From: an uncultured Caulobacterales bacterium
GTDB taxonomy: Bacteria > Pseudomonadota > Alphaproteobacteria > Caulobacterales > Maricaulaceae
Direction: 5' to 3'
Assembly: GCA_964352275.1 (NCBI GenBank)
Contig: CAYGRF010000001.1
Location: 1-62,927 of the forward strand
Length of the DNA stretch: 62,927 bases
Below the pieces are notes generated by a model. That model ran no database searches, was not told the origin of the DNA, and worked only from the letters and a program-made list of their open reading frames with translations. The stretch's first letter is position 1. Each line of letters opens with the position of its first letter. Position numbers and translations under genes: made by a program. Positions 47,277-56,782 of the stretch are shown here, one piece after another.

Positions 47277-47618
47277 CTATCCGTAGACAGATTCCTTACC
47301 GAAATGTTTGGCGAGCATGTAATAAACCACAGCGCGATATTTGCTCCGCTCTGAGCGGCCATACTTTTCCATCACTGCGTCGATCGCTGCGTCAAGCTCA
47401 GGGCCGTCGGACAGGCCGAGCTTTTTAATGAGGAAGTTATTTTTCACGGTTTCAAGCTCGGATTTATCACTGCCGGCAACAGTCGACGAATCTGCGTTAT
47501 ATATTGATGGCCCGCAGCCGATCGTCACTTTGGTCAATAAGTCCATATTGGGCGTTTCGCCAATTTTATTTTGAATGTCATCTGCATATTTTGCAATAAG
47601 GTCGTCCCGTTTACTCAT
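47277..47618 (-). CDS. DUF2853 family protein
   Basis: MSKRDDLIAKYADDI...LLTKVTIGCGPSIYNADSSTVAGSD...NFLIKKLGL...KYRAVVYYMLAKHFGKE. AAAGGA lies 6 nt before the ATG at 47618. Confidence 0.75.
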   Translation of the reverse strand: MSKRDDLIAKYADDIQNKIGETPNMDLLTKVTIGCGPSIYNADSSTVAGSDKSELETVKNNFLIKKLGLSDGPELDAAIDAVMEKYGRSERSKYRAVVYYMLAKHFGKESVYG

Positions 47619-47721
47619 GATAGTTCCTTTCAATAAGAGTATGGTCGTTCTAGGCCGCCCCGCCTAAACCCAAGGTGAACATAAGCGAGCGCTATCGTCG
47701 CGCGCAAGTGATTTTCCACGC

Positions 47722-47750
47722 TTGACGCCCCCGTTCCGTTCGCCTATATC
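47722..47750 (+). promoter_or_regulatory. sigma70-like promoter candidate for rpmE
   Basis: TTGACG (47722-47727), 17-nt spacer, TATATC (47745-47750), about 75 nt upstream of the rpmE ATG. Confidence 0.45.
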
Positions 47751-47823
47751 GCCCAACTTGAGCGGGGGACCCTCTAACGTAATCCCGTGACCAGAGCCCT
47801 TGTCTTGGGGCAGGAGATTTAAA

Positions 47824-48042
47824 ATGAAAAAAGACATTCACCCTGATTATCACATGATCACCGTGCAAATGGTGGACGGCAGCGAGTATCAAACACGCTC
47901 AACATACGGCAAAGAAGGCGACCGCCTAGTGCTGGATATTGACAGCAAAACCCATCCGGCCTGGACTGGCGGCGACGCCAAGCTTATGGATCGCGGCGGA
48001 CGCGTGTCACGCTTCAAAGACAAATTCAAAGGTTTCGTATAA
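47824..48042 (+). CDS. rpmE: 50S ribosomal protein L31
   Basis: [10 protein letters not shown]...HPAWTG...RFKDKF. No CxxC pairs are visible, so it appears to be the non-zinc-ribbon form. Confidence 0.95.
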   Translation: MKKDIHPDYHMITVQMVDGSEYQTRSTYGKEGDRLVLDIDSKTHPAWTGGDAKLMDRGGRVSRFKDKFKGFV

Positions 48043-48059
48043 ACGATATATACTTTGGT

Positions 48060-48154
48060 TTAGTGCATTTCCTGTACAATTCTACGCATTGAACCATCGG
48101 AAATGGGCAAATAAGGCCCAATTTCCTATTGCGACTTTACAGGAATTACACCAA
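48060..48154. repeat. ~95-bp palindromic intergenic repeat, copy B
   Basis: TTAGTGCATTTCC ... ATCGGAAATGGGCAAATAAGGCCCAATTTCC ... GGAATTACACCAA aligns with the reverse complement of 35333-35428. Confidence 0.6.
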
Positions 48155-48155
48155 G

Positions 48156-48180
48156 CGGCTCCTTTTGGGGCCGTTTTTTT
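48156..48180 (+). terminator. rho-independent terminator of rpmE
   Basis: Stem CGGCTCC / GGGGCCG (one G-U pair), TTTT loop, followed by T7. Confidence 0.7.
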
Positions 48181-48220
48181 ATGCCAACTTTGCACCGGCA
48201 GCATGAGAGCCGTCGCCATT

Positions 48221-48253
48221 AAAAAACCCGCCTCAATGTCTCGAAGCGGGTTT
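48221..48253 (-). terminator. rho-independent terminator of rpmB
   Basis: Stem CCCGCCTC / GAAGCGGG (one mismatch), followed on the minus strand by T6. Confidence 0.6.
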
Positions 48254-48281
48254 GAAGTTTTAGTATAGACTATCGATCTAT

Positions 48282-48581
48282 CTATGCAGCCGCCTCGGCT
48301 TCTGCGTGCTTTTTAATCAAAGCTTTTTTGATTTTCATCGCCTTGTCTGTCAGCTTGGCGTTTTTAGTGCCCATCAGGAAACCGTCAAGACCGCCTTTAA
48401 AGTCGACAGTACGAAGCGTTTTTGCAGCAACGCGCATTCTGTATTTTTGCCCAAGACCATCAGAAGCCAGCGTGACATTACAGAGGTTGACCTCAAAACG
48501 GCGTCGCGTTCTGGTTTTAGAGTGAGACACATTATTTCCGGACATCGGGCCCGTATCAAGAAGATCGCAACGACGAGACAT
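48282..48581 (-). CDS. rpmB: 50S ribosomal protein L28
   Basis: MSRRCDLLDTGPMSGNNVSHSKTRTRRRFEVNL... AAGGTG Shine-Dalgarno before the ATG at 48581. Confidence 0.95.
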   Translation of the reverse strand: MSRRCDLLDTGPMSGNNVSHSKTRTRRRFEVNLCNVTLASDGLGQKYRMRVAAKTLRTVDFKGGLDGFLMGTKNAKLTDKAMKIKKALIKKHAEAEAAA

Positions 48582-48812
48582 ATCGTACACCTTTATACAT
48601 TTAAAAAGCCCGCAAGCGGCGGGCGAATATTCATTAGTGGCCGGACATACGCATTAGGCCGCGCTGCGTCAAGACTTTTTACGCGTTTTTAAAGGCCGAA
48701 AACCGCATCTGTAAATGACCAATTTGTCATGCACATTAACGGTTTTATTCATGTTGGTGATAGGCAGGCACAGATATAAAGAGCTAAATAGATTGACTGT
48801 AAGGATGATACG

Positions 48813-49655
48813 ATGAAACAAATATTAGCCCTCAGCGCAGCCGCAATCATGATGGCCGTTCCGTCCGCGAGCGCTCAAGATAGCCGCCTCCCCCCGGCGG
48901 CTTACACAGAGTTCCCTGTTCCCGGCCCCGGCGAAACCAGCTTTGATTTCGAGATGAAAGGCTATGTCTTTGGCATCCGCATGATCAAAGCGCGGTATAA
49001 AGGCCAATTCTCTGATACGGATTATTTTGTTTTTTCCGATATTAACACGTCAGGTCTCGGCGCGCTGCTCAAGAAACTGCGCATTTGGGCCGTCACCAAA
49101 GGCACGTATAGTGTATCCGGCCTTTATCCGGTCACGCACACACAGCAAAACCTGGACAAAAAAAGCCGCCGCGTGGAAATGCGTTATGATTATCCCGCTC
49201 AGGACATAAGCGTCGATATTAACCCACGGCTCGGCTCGCAGGGCGTGCCCCCCGCATCACAGAAAGAGCGGTTCGAAGCCGACGATACCTTATCCGCGAT
49301 TCTCAACATTATGATGCGCGGTGCCTATATTGACGGCGAAGTTTGTAGCGGCACCATCCGCGTATTTGACAGTAAGCAACATTATGGCCTTCGCATGGAA
49401 GCCGTTGGCGACCGCAATGTTAAATTGGACGATGAAAAGGTCGAATCGATTCATTGCCACATTTACTATGAACCGATTTCCGGCTTTGACCCCGAAGACC
49501 TACCGGAGCCTGAAGAAAGCGGCACCCCGGTCAATATGTACCTTGTCCCGGATGCAGCCACAGGGCTGTATATCCCCGCGCGGTTCACCTATAAAATCAG
49601 CGGCTTCAAAGCGGTCATAAAAGTTGTCGACATGCGAATCGAAAAGGGCGCGTAG
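48813..49655 (+). CDS. exported protein, DUF3108-like
   Basis: Signal peptide ...AVPSASAQ. Beta-rich sequence. A DUF3108 gene next to rpmB is a recurrent arrangement in alphaproteobacteria (from memory). Confidence 0.5.
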   Translation: MKQILALSAAAIMMAVPSASAQDSRLPPAAYTEFPVPGPGETSFDFEMKGYVFGIRMIKARYKGQFSDTDYFVFSDINTSGLGALLKKLRIWAVTKGTYSVSGLYPVTHTQQNLDKKSRRVEMRYDYPAQDISVDINPRLGSQGVPPASQKERFEADDTLSAILNIMMRGAYIDGEVCSGTIRVFDSKQHYGLRMEAVGDRNVKLDDEKVESIHCHIYYEPISGFDPEDLPEPEESGTPVNMYLVPDAATGLYIPARFTYKISGFKAVIKVVDMRIEKGA

Positions 49656-49670
49656 ACGCGCGCCCTCGGC

Positions 49671-51455
49671 CTACATTCTCGCGGGCGTATCGATCCCTAA
49701 AATTGATAAGCCTTGCTCGAGTTGGCGCAAAGTTGTGCCAGCAAGCGCCAAGCGGGACGCTTTGACGGCATCCGGTGTTGTGTCCATCAATATAGGGCAA
49801 TCTGTGTAAAAGCGCGAAAAGCTTTGCGCGAGACGGAATACATGCTCACATAAAATATGCGGCGCGCGCTTCTCCGCCGCTTGAGACAAAGCCTTATCAA
49901 AGGCGTCAAGCGCCAGAACCAAACTAAATTCTGCAGGCTCCGTCAGCATAATTTCGCCGGGCGACACGCCCATATCCTCGGCCTTACGCAGGAGCGACTT
50001 TATCCGCACCGCGGCGTATAACAGGTAAGGCCCAGTTTTGCCTTCAAAGGCTGTAAACCGTTCACTATCAAATATATAATTAGTTGTACGTTGATTTTGT
50101 AAATCAGCAAATTTAAGCGCTGCCATGCCGACTTTATTGGCAATATCGGCGCGCTCGGATACGTCAAAATCTTGCCCAAGACCGGTTTCTTCGAGGCGCG
50201 CCGCTGCCGCCTCTTGCATCATAGCCGTCAAATCGGAAAGCTTGAGCGTGCCGCCTTCGCGGGTCGTGAACGGTTTACCGTTCTTGCCGTTAATGGTGCC
50301 AAATCCCAAATGTTCAAGCTGCTCAGGTCCATACCATCCTGCTTTGACAGCCGCGCGAAAAACCTGCTCAAAATGGAGAGATTGCCGCTGGTCGACAACA
50401 TAGAGAATCATATCCGGATCAATGGCGTTTTTCCGGTCAATTAAAGTGGCCAAATCTGTGGTGTGATACAGCACCGCGCCCGTTCGCGCCCGCAACATTA
50501 CCGGCGGAATGCCTGTACGCTCTTCGGCATTGTAATCCGGGTCCACTGGAATAATAAGCGCCCCATCACTTTCCTGGGTTATGCCCTGTGCAATCATGCC
50601 GTCAATCATGTCCGGGATCAGTCGGTCCACACTGGCCTCGCCTTTCCAGAGGTCAAACGTCACGCCAAGTTCGCCGTAACCCTCTTTGAGGTACGCAATC
50701 GAGACTGTAATGAAATGATCAAGCAAAGCCCGGTATCCGGGACGCCCGGCTTGGAGCTGTGCTGTCGCGATTTGTGAAAGCTTGAGCCGCTCTGGATCCG
50801 CTTTGGATTTACGGCTGGCCTCTGGGTAAAGCCTCTCCATATCGTCCATCGTGACAGGGCTCTGATCCGGGTACCCATCGGTAACGCCTGCATCAAAATA
50901 GACAAGACCCGGCTGCTCATATTCCAGTTCGGAAATCAAGTGCCCCATTTGCAGGCCCCAATCACCCAAATGCACGTCGCCAATAACCGTATGGCCGCAA
51001 AAACGCAGGAGCCGTTTCAGGGCTTCACCAATAACCGCCGAACGCAAATGCCCAACATGCATAGGCTTAGCGACATTGGCCCCGCCGTAATCAATCACAA
51101 TTGTTTGCGACGCTTCGGTTGCCGCGCCCGTACGCGGATCGGCGGCGAGCACGTTGGCCCGCTGCGTCACATAACCACCGGTTGGCTCAATATTGATAAA
51201 GCCCGGCCCGGCAATGGTGAGGTCTTGAATGGCCGGATGCCCGCTCAGAGCGTCAACGATTTTCGCTGCAATGTCGCGTGGATTCGCCTTCTGGCCTCGT
51301 TTTTTTAAAAACCCCGCAGCAGGCATAGCGCCATTACATTGAAAGGGTGCCAGATCCGGACGATCTGATTCGGTGACATGACCGAACCCGGCCGGAAATC
51401 CATGCGCCTCAAAAGCCGCCCGCGCGGCAGCGTTAAGGTCTGAAAGGATGGACAT
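49671..51455 (-). CDS. argS: arginine--tRNA ligase
   Basis: 594 aa. ANVAKPMHVGHLRS (HIGH region) and a C-terminal DALR-type anticodon-binding domain. Confidence 0.95.
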   Translation of the reverse strand: MSILSDLNAAARAAFEAHGFPAGFGHVTESDRPDLAPFQCNGAMPAAGFLKKRGQKANPRDIAAKIVDALSGHPAIQDLTIAGPGFINIEPTGGYVTQRANVLAADPRTGAATEASQTIVIDYGGANVAKPMHVGHLRSAVIGEALKRLLRFCGHTVIGDVHLGDWGLQMGHLISELEYEQPGLVYFDAGVTDGYPDQSPVTMDDMERLYPEASRKSKADPERLKLSQIATAQLQAGRPGYRALLDHFITVSIAYLKEGYGELGVTFDLWKGEASVDRLIPDMIDGMIAQGITQESDGALIIPVDPDYNAEERTGIPPVMLRARTGAVLYHTTDLATLIDRKNAIDPDMILYVVDQRQSLHFEQVFRAAVKAGWYGPEQLEHLGFGTINGKNGKPFTTREGGTLKLSDLTAMMQEAAAARLEETGLGQDFDVSERADIANKVGMAALKFADLQNQRTTNYIFDSERFTAFEGKTGPYLLYAAVRIKSLLRKAEDMGVSPGEIMLTEPAEFSLVLALDAFDKALSQAAEKRAPHILCEHVFRLAQSFSRFYTDCPILMDTTPDAVKASRLALAGTTLRQLEQGLSILGIDTPARM

Positions 51456-51464
51456 AAGCCTAGC

Positions 51465-52052
51465 CTAGTTTTTACCGGCCGAGACGCGGAAGCGTTTACC
51501 GGCCGCATTAAATTCGCGCTGCTCCGGCGTCACAACAAACCCAACAATAATTTCAAAGTTTACCCCCGATGTATCCGGATTAGCGCGCGGAATGACAATC
51601 TCGTCAATACGCTCCGTGACGCTGACCCGGTCTTGCCCGGCGGGAAACGTAACCGTGAGCGGAAAAACCTGCTTTTCAATCACATCAATGTTTTTGCGGG
51701 TTACAGCGACAAAATACTCATATGTCGCGGTAGATTGCGTGGCTGCGGGCCCGCGGCCTAATTCAAATTCCATCTCAAGATCGGCGATGATTGGACGGGT
51801 GCCATAATAGCGGCACAAGCTGCGAATATTACCAATCTCGCCGGTAAAGCCCACATTTGAAAAGCTCTCGGCTCCGCGAAACTCGACAATACGTCCCGCA
51901 TCATAAAGCGAAAAAGCACGGGGACACGGGCCGGGGTTGCGTTCAGCCGCTTCGCCAATCGCAAGCGCCTCTTGTGTGGTGCGGCAGCCGCTCAGGCCAA
52001 TCAACGCAACCAAGGCCGCCATTACAATCATTGATGATTTACGCATCTTCAT
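51465..52052 (-). CDS. hypothetical lipoprotein
   Basis: MKMRKSSMIVMAALVALIGLSGC lipobox. Lies 9 nt upstream of argS on the same strand. Confidence 0.6.
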   Translation of the reverse strand: MKMRKSSMIVMAALVALIGLSGCRTTQEALAIGEAAERNPGPCPRAFSLYDAGRIVEFRGAESFSNVGFTGEIGNIRSLCRYYGTRPIIADLEMEFELGRGPAATQSTATYEYFVAVTRKNIDVIEKQVFPLTVTFPAGQDRVSVTERIDEIVIPRANPDTSGVNFEIIVGFVVTPEQREFNAAGKRFRVSAGKN

Positions 52053-52184
52053 ATCTAAATTCCGCTTCTTCAACACACACGCTATAGCGCGCATCGGATG
52101 TTCCTGTTAAGAGGTAATATGCGTGACGTGTTAACGGGTTAAGGCCCGCCCCGCAACGCCCGCTTTGCGTATGAGGATAATTTA

Positions 52185-53174
52185 ATGAATTCGACGATGA
52201 CTGCGCCCAGCGCCAATGATCACGCTTCCAAAGACCGCACCTCGAAAAAAATCCTGCTCGCCGCGCCGCGGGGCTTTTGCGCCGGTGTCGACCGCGCCAT
52301 TCAGGTTGTTGAACGATCCATAGAGAAATACGGCGCGCCGGTTTATGTCCGCCATGAAATTGTTCACAATCGTCATGTGGTCAACCGCCTCAAAGACATG
52401 GGCGCGATATTCGTTGAAGAACTCGATGAATGCCCCGATGACCGCCCGGTCGTATTCTCAGCCCACGGCGTACCCAAAACCGTGCCTCAGGCCGCCAAAG
52501 CCCGGGATATGAATTTCCTTGATGCTACTTGCCCGCTGGTCTCCAAGGTTCATATGGAAGCCGAAAAACACGCCCGCAACGGCCATCACATCCTGCTTAT
52601 TGGGCATGAAGGTCACCCGGAAGTTATCGGCACTATGGGGCAGCTCCCAGCCGGACAAATGACACTGATTGAAACCGATGAAGACGCGCGGCGCGTCATG
52701 CCAGATAATCCCGAAAATTTGGCTCTCGTCACCCAAACAACGCTTTCTGTGGATGATACGGCGGACATTATCGCCGTTTTAAAAGATCGTTTTCCCACCA
52801 TAGCTTTGCCCTATAAAGAAGATATTTGCTACGCGACGACAAACCGACAAGAAGCCGTCAAAGCCATTGCCGAGCGCTGTGACCTCTTGCTGGTGATTGG
52901 CTCAGTCGCCTCGTCTAATTCCAAACGCCTTGTTGAGGTCGGTCAAAAAGCCGGTGCCAAGCAGGCCATGTTGATCTCAAGCGCAGATAGCCTGAATTGG
53001 GACAGTATTGAAAGCGCGGACACCATAGGACTATCGGCGGGCGCAAGCGCTCCCGAATATCTGACGGACGGCGTCATCGCCGCCCTGCGCTCCCGCTATG
53101 ACATATCGGTGGAAGAAGTCGAAGTGACCCGCGAAAAAGTCATCTTTCGCCTGCCTAAGCAACTACGCGCCTAG
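52185..53174 (+). CDS. ispH: 4-hydroxy-3-methylbut-2-enyl diphosphate reductase
   Basis: [27 protein letters not shown] and QTT motifs. Confidence 0.95.
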   Translation: MNSTMTAPSANDHASKDRTSKKILLAAPRGFCAGVDRAIQVVERSIEKYGAPVYVRHEIVHNRHVVNRLKDMGAIFVEELDECPDDRPVVFSAHGVPKTVPQAAKARDMNFLDATCPLVSKVHMEAEKHARNGHHILLIGHEGHPEVIGTMGQLPAGQMTLIETDEDARRVMPDNPENLALVTQTTLSVDDTADIIAVLKDRFPTIALPYKEDICYATTNRQEAVKAIAERCDLLLVIGSVASSNSKRLVEVGQKAGAKQAMLISSADSLNWDSIESADTIGLSAGASAPEYLTDGVIAALRSRYDISVEEVEVTREKVIFRLPKQLRA

Positions 53175-53187
53175 GGCCCTCGTAATT

Positions 53188-53646
53188 ATGCCGCGCCGCA
53201 CGGATAAATCGCTTGTCATTTACACGGACGGTGCCTGCTCAGGCAATCCTGGGCCCGGCGGCTGGGGCGCATTGATGCAATTTGGCGAGGCCGAAAAAGA
53301 ACTTTTTGGCGGCGAACCGGATACAACCAATAACCGGATGGAATTGATGGCCGCAATCAAAGCGCTCGAAGCCATCAAACCGGGCTTTGCGGGCTCCATC
53401 ACCCTCTGGACCGATAGCACATATGTGATGAAGGGTATCACCGAGTGGATTCACGGCTGGAAAAAACGCGGCTGGAAAAAATCCGACAAAAAACCGGTCG
53501 TCAACTCAGATCTATGGAAACTCCTCGATGCGGTGAACGCCAAGCATGATGTGAATTGGAAATGGGTCAAAGGCCACGCCGGAGTCGACGGCAATGAGCG
53601 CGCGGACGAGCTTGCCAGGCGCGGGATACCGGGCGCAGAGGATTAG
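53188..53646 (+). CDS. rnhA: ribonuclease HI
   Basis: [37 protein letters not shown]...GNERADELA. Confidence 0.95.
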   Translation: MPRRTDKSLVIYTDGACSGNPGPGGWGALMQFGEAEKELFGGEPDTTNNRMELMAAIKALEAIKPGFAGSITLWTDSTYVMKGITEWIHGWKKRGWKKSDKKPVVNSDLWKLLDAVNAKHDVNWKWVKGHAGVDGNERADELARRGIPGAED

Positions 53647-53726
53647 CAAGAACGCTATCTGGCGGTTCTTCGATAATAGTTTATTGCGAAAAACCATGCA
53701 CGCAAAAGCTACGCACTATTTTGAGC

Positions 53727-54479
53727 CTAATCATCACCCCGATGATCTATCCCTAAGATACGATCAAGGGCAGTATGAATGCCGCTTAGGACAGCAATCT
53801 CCGGCCCCTGAACCATTTTTACATAGGAATCCATCCTGTAAAGGTTATCGATAAGGTCGTTTCTGAAACCGGCGCTCTCCATCATCAGCATAGGGTAACA
53901 GCTATGGCCGCCATAAGGCGCCGTGCCGAAACGGTCATAAGTGAGCGTGCTGTTAAGTGAAATCACTTGCGGATACTTGCGGTGCAATTCCACCGCATCG
54001 CCGCTAATTCTCATATTGAAATCATCTGTGGCCCGTCGCAGTTGGCTCAATAGCAAGATTGATTTGCGCAGGTTCTCATCCGAAATAATCGAAGCCCGGC
54101 CGCTCGCAATGAGTTCCTCCACCGTCGGGATAGACACCCTGCCCGGGCGGTAGATATGGGAAGCAAACACAGCATCACATTGATCGCGTGTCAAAGAGTC
54201 TACTGCGCCATCGCCAGACATAATTTCCGCGACTTCGGTGAGCAAACCGATTGTGGTTTTTAATTCTTTTTCAATCAACACATTTGCGGCTTCACCCGTG
54301 CCAATCTCAGCATGAAGCCGCTGCATGTACAGAAAATTATCAGCCCGGTCTGCTCTGCGATCATTCCAATTGGCCACTTGGATACCGACAAAAACACCGA
54401 ACACGACTATGATAAAATCAATCCCGACAGCGAACCAGTTTTCTTTTTCAATATGGGCCTTTATACGGCGGAAGATCAT
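53727..54479 (-). CDS. single-pass membrane protein, DUF6090-like, paralog P1
   Basis: MIFRRIKAHIEKENWFAVGIDFIIVVFGVFVGIQVANWN anchor plus a ~210-aa helical ectodomain. About three quarters identical to P3 (59223-59981) by eye. ATGA overlap with P2. Confidence 0.75.
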   Translation of the reverse strand: MIFRRIKAHIEKENWFAVGIDFIIVVFGVFVGIQVANWNDRRADRADNFLYMQRLHAEIGTGEAANVLIEKELKTTIGLLTEVAEIMSGDGAVDSLTRDQCDAVFASHIYRPGRVSIPTVEELIASGRASIISDENLRKSILLLSQLRRATDDFNMRISGDAVELHRKYPQVISLNSTLTYDRFGTAPYGGHSCYPMLMMESAGFRNDLIDNLYRMDSYVKMVQGPEIAVLSGIHTALDRILGIDHRGDD

Positions 54480-55237
54480 GGCGTGGCCTCGTCATGAGAG
54501 ATTTTTAGCGCCAGATCGAGCTGTTTATGAACTTCTTTGACCTGAACGAGCCAAGGCCCTAACCCATCGCGTATAAACGCATCAAAAGTGTCGGCGTTCA
54601 GCGCGATATCATTCATAAGATTCTGGTTCGTCCGAATATAGTCTCGATCACACGACGCGGTAAAGGATCGTTCAAATCCATTCTCACGGAGTTCACTAGG
54701 GTTAAGAACAGACTGCATCTTAAACGCATCGGGATATAAATGGGCAAGGTCGTGCATAGCGCTTTCCAGACCGATAGCAATTTCTAACGCCTCGCGGCGT
54801 TGCAGAAGTCCGACTAATGCTGTGTTTAGATTTGAGTTGCGCACGATATTAAGCCGTCCTGTGGCTTGCAAGCGCGATAAAGCCGGTAGGTCAACACGTC
54901 CAAGATATAAGGCACTGGATCCCGCTAAAGCCGTACATTCTCCATCACTCAAACGGCGTTCAGGGACGAGGCCAAACAATACATTCGTCGCCTCGGCAAT
55001 ATCGGACGCATAGAGCGTTCTATAACTGATGATGTTCGCTGTAAGCGCTTCCGCAGCTATCATTTCTTCGTGCAAGGCTTTAATCGTGGCCTGTTCGTCA
55101 ATGCGGTCTGATCTCGCCTCATTCCAATTGGCGACTTGCATACCAATAAAGACCCCGACAACCACGATAAAGAAATCAATCCCGACAGCGAACCAGTTTT
55201 CTTTTTCAATATGGGCCTTAATGCTGCGAAAGATCAT
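54476..55237 (-). CDS. single-pass membrane protein, DUF6090-like, paralog P2
   Basis: Same N-terminal anchor (MIFRSIKAHIEKENWFAVGIDFFIVVVGVFIGMQVANWN) with a divergent C-terminal domain. Confidence 0.75.
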   Translation of the reverse strand: MIFRSIKAHIEKENWFAVGIDFFIVVVGVFIGMQVANWNEARSDRIDEQATIKALHEEMIAAEALTANIISYRTLYASDIAEATNVLFGLVPERRLSDGECTALAGSSALYLGRVDLPALSRLQATGRLNIVRNSNLNTALVGLLQRREALEIAIGLESAMHDLAHLYPDAFKMQSVLNPSELRENGFERSFTASCDRDYIRTNQNLMNDIALNADTFDAFIRDGLGPWLVQVKEVHKQLDLALKISHDEATP

Positions 55238-55477
55238 GCGCTCATCACCCTATTGATTTATATGAAGTCGCGGATGTCAAAGAGCAATTGCGGGCAATGT
55301 CGTCGATGGTAAGTTTACAAATAAACATCTCTTCATAGCCCCTCCTCTGAGGAGCAACTGTTCACCATTTCTGTGCGGAAAGCTACATATTTATTCCAGC
55401 CGCCGGGGCACTGTATCGGCGGGATAAACGCGTTACGCCAATACCTTTCGGCTCAACTTTTTCAATTATACCGATTT

Positions 55478-56581
55478 CTATTTCGGCGCGCTCGACGCCC
55501 CAACAACTAACCGCGAGAATGTCGCCTGCGCGTAATCGCCGTTCTCTTTATCAACATCCCAATCACCCGTGCCGTTACAGGCCGCGTACCAGAAGCCGGG
55601 ATCGTTCTTTGTACTGCATTGATTGTAAATGCCGGCTTTGAAGTAAAGCGAATCGCCGCCGTAACTATACCGATTATCAAGCGCGTCCACATTGCCGTTC
55701 GCGTCAATATTGTTGGCTAGATTGATCGCGTACTCGGCGGCTGGGCTACCGGCCCGCTCAAAAGTTAAATACATTGTATTTTGATGGACATTAACAACGT
55801 AGCTAAATTCTTCGCCCAGCGCGATACCGCCTTCGCCGGGATCAGCCGGATTGTCCCATAAATTACCCCACACAGGATAGGCTATATCTGTGCGGTCGGG
55901 ATTATCTTTCGCGAGGTTACGTTCATACGTCCAGAATACAGAGCCTGTATCGTGATCCGGCCATTTCTTATAATAGATTTTTAGCGGTTCATTCCCAAAG
56001 CCGAAACCGCTCTTAGTGCTCTCATATTTCACAGCGTGAATTTGTCCGATAACCGCTGAAAAAGCTGGCTTTTTGCTAGGGTTTTCCGCCCGGCGCGCGA
56101 CATGATCAACGGTGAGCGTGGCTTCCATTTTGCCGCCGACAGAGCCAAATTTATCAGAGTCTTTGCGCGCAAGCACGGCGAAATTATTGGCCGCACTGTG
56201 CGTTTTTATTCTACGGTTTTTACCGCGCAGCATATAGCGCAGTTCGCTACGTGTGTTCGTCGTATTTTTGGTCTTGGCCCCTTTATTGGGCGCGGTGAAA
56301 ACCATCCGGTTTTGCTCATCCAAATAAAAGAAATTCGGATGGGAATATGTCTCGAGGTCTTTCACGGAAATACTATCGACCTTTCCGTCATTATTTTCAT
56401 CGACCGGCAGCGTGATGTTCCAGTGGCTCAGGTCAAACTGGCTGGCGGGCGCAAGCGATTTATCTTTGATGCCTTTGCTCTGCGCCGAAGCCGCCGCCGG
56501 AAATGCCATCAGGATCAAAGCTGCTAAGCCAGCCGAGCCAAAACACATGCGCCGTAATCGTTTATCTATCATCATAGTCAT
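55478..56581 (-). CDS. exported polysaccharide lyase family 7 (alginate lyase-like)
   Basis: Signal peptide ...AFPAAASAQ. PL7 signature strings RSELR, GQIH and YFKAGIYNQ. The start is ambiguous among ATGs at 56581, 56575 and 56572. Confidence 0.75.
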   Translation of the reverse strand: MTMMIDKRLRRMCFGSAGLAALILMAFPAAASAQSKGIKDKSLAPASQFDLSHWNITLPVDENNDGKVDSISVKDLETYSHPNFFYLDEQNRMVFTAPNKGAKTKNTTNTRSELRYMLRGKNRRIKTHSAANNFAVLARKDSDKFGSVGGKMEATLTVDHVARRAENPSKKPAFSAVIGQIHAVKYESTKSGFGFGNEPLKIYYKKWPDHDTGSVFWTYERNLAKDNPDRTDIAYPVWGNLWDNPADPGEGGIALGEEFSYVVNVHQNTMYLTFERAGSPAAEYAINLANNIDANGNVDALDNRYSYGGDSLYFKAGIYNQCSTKNDPGFWYAACNGTGDWDVDKENGDYAQATFSRLVVGASSAPK

Positions 56582-56782
56582 ACCCTCTATAATTGGACTG
56601 GCGTTCTTATAGGCCAATTTATATCATGATATATACCAATTACAAATCAGAGTACACTATCCATAACAGCCTCTTATAGATCCGCATTTAGCGCGATAAA
56701 ATCGGTGAAACGCGGCAGCAAATATATTCGCAAATTGCTATATTCTACGATCTGACTTATCCTGCTACCCGGAGTGGTGTTT

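Noticed and set aside
47939-48268. 109-aa plus-strand ORF downstream of rpmE.
   Set aside because: It runs across the rpmE stop, the palindromic repeat and two terminators. It has no RBS or motif and is explained by non-coding elements.
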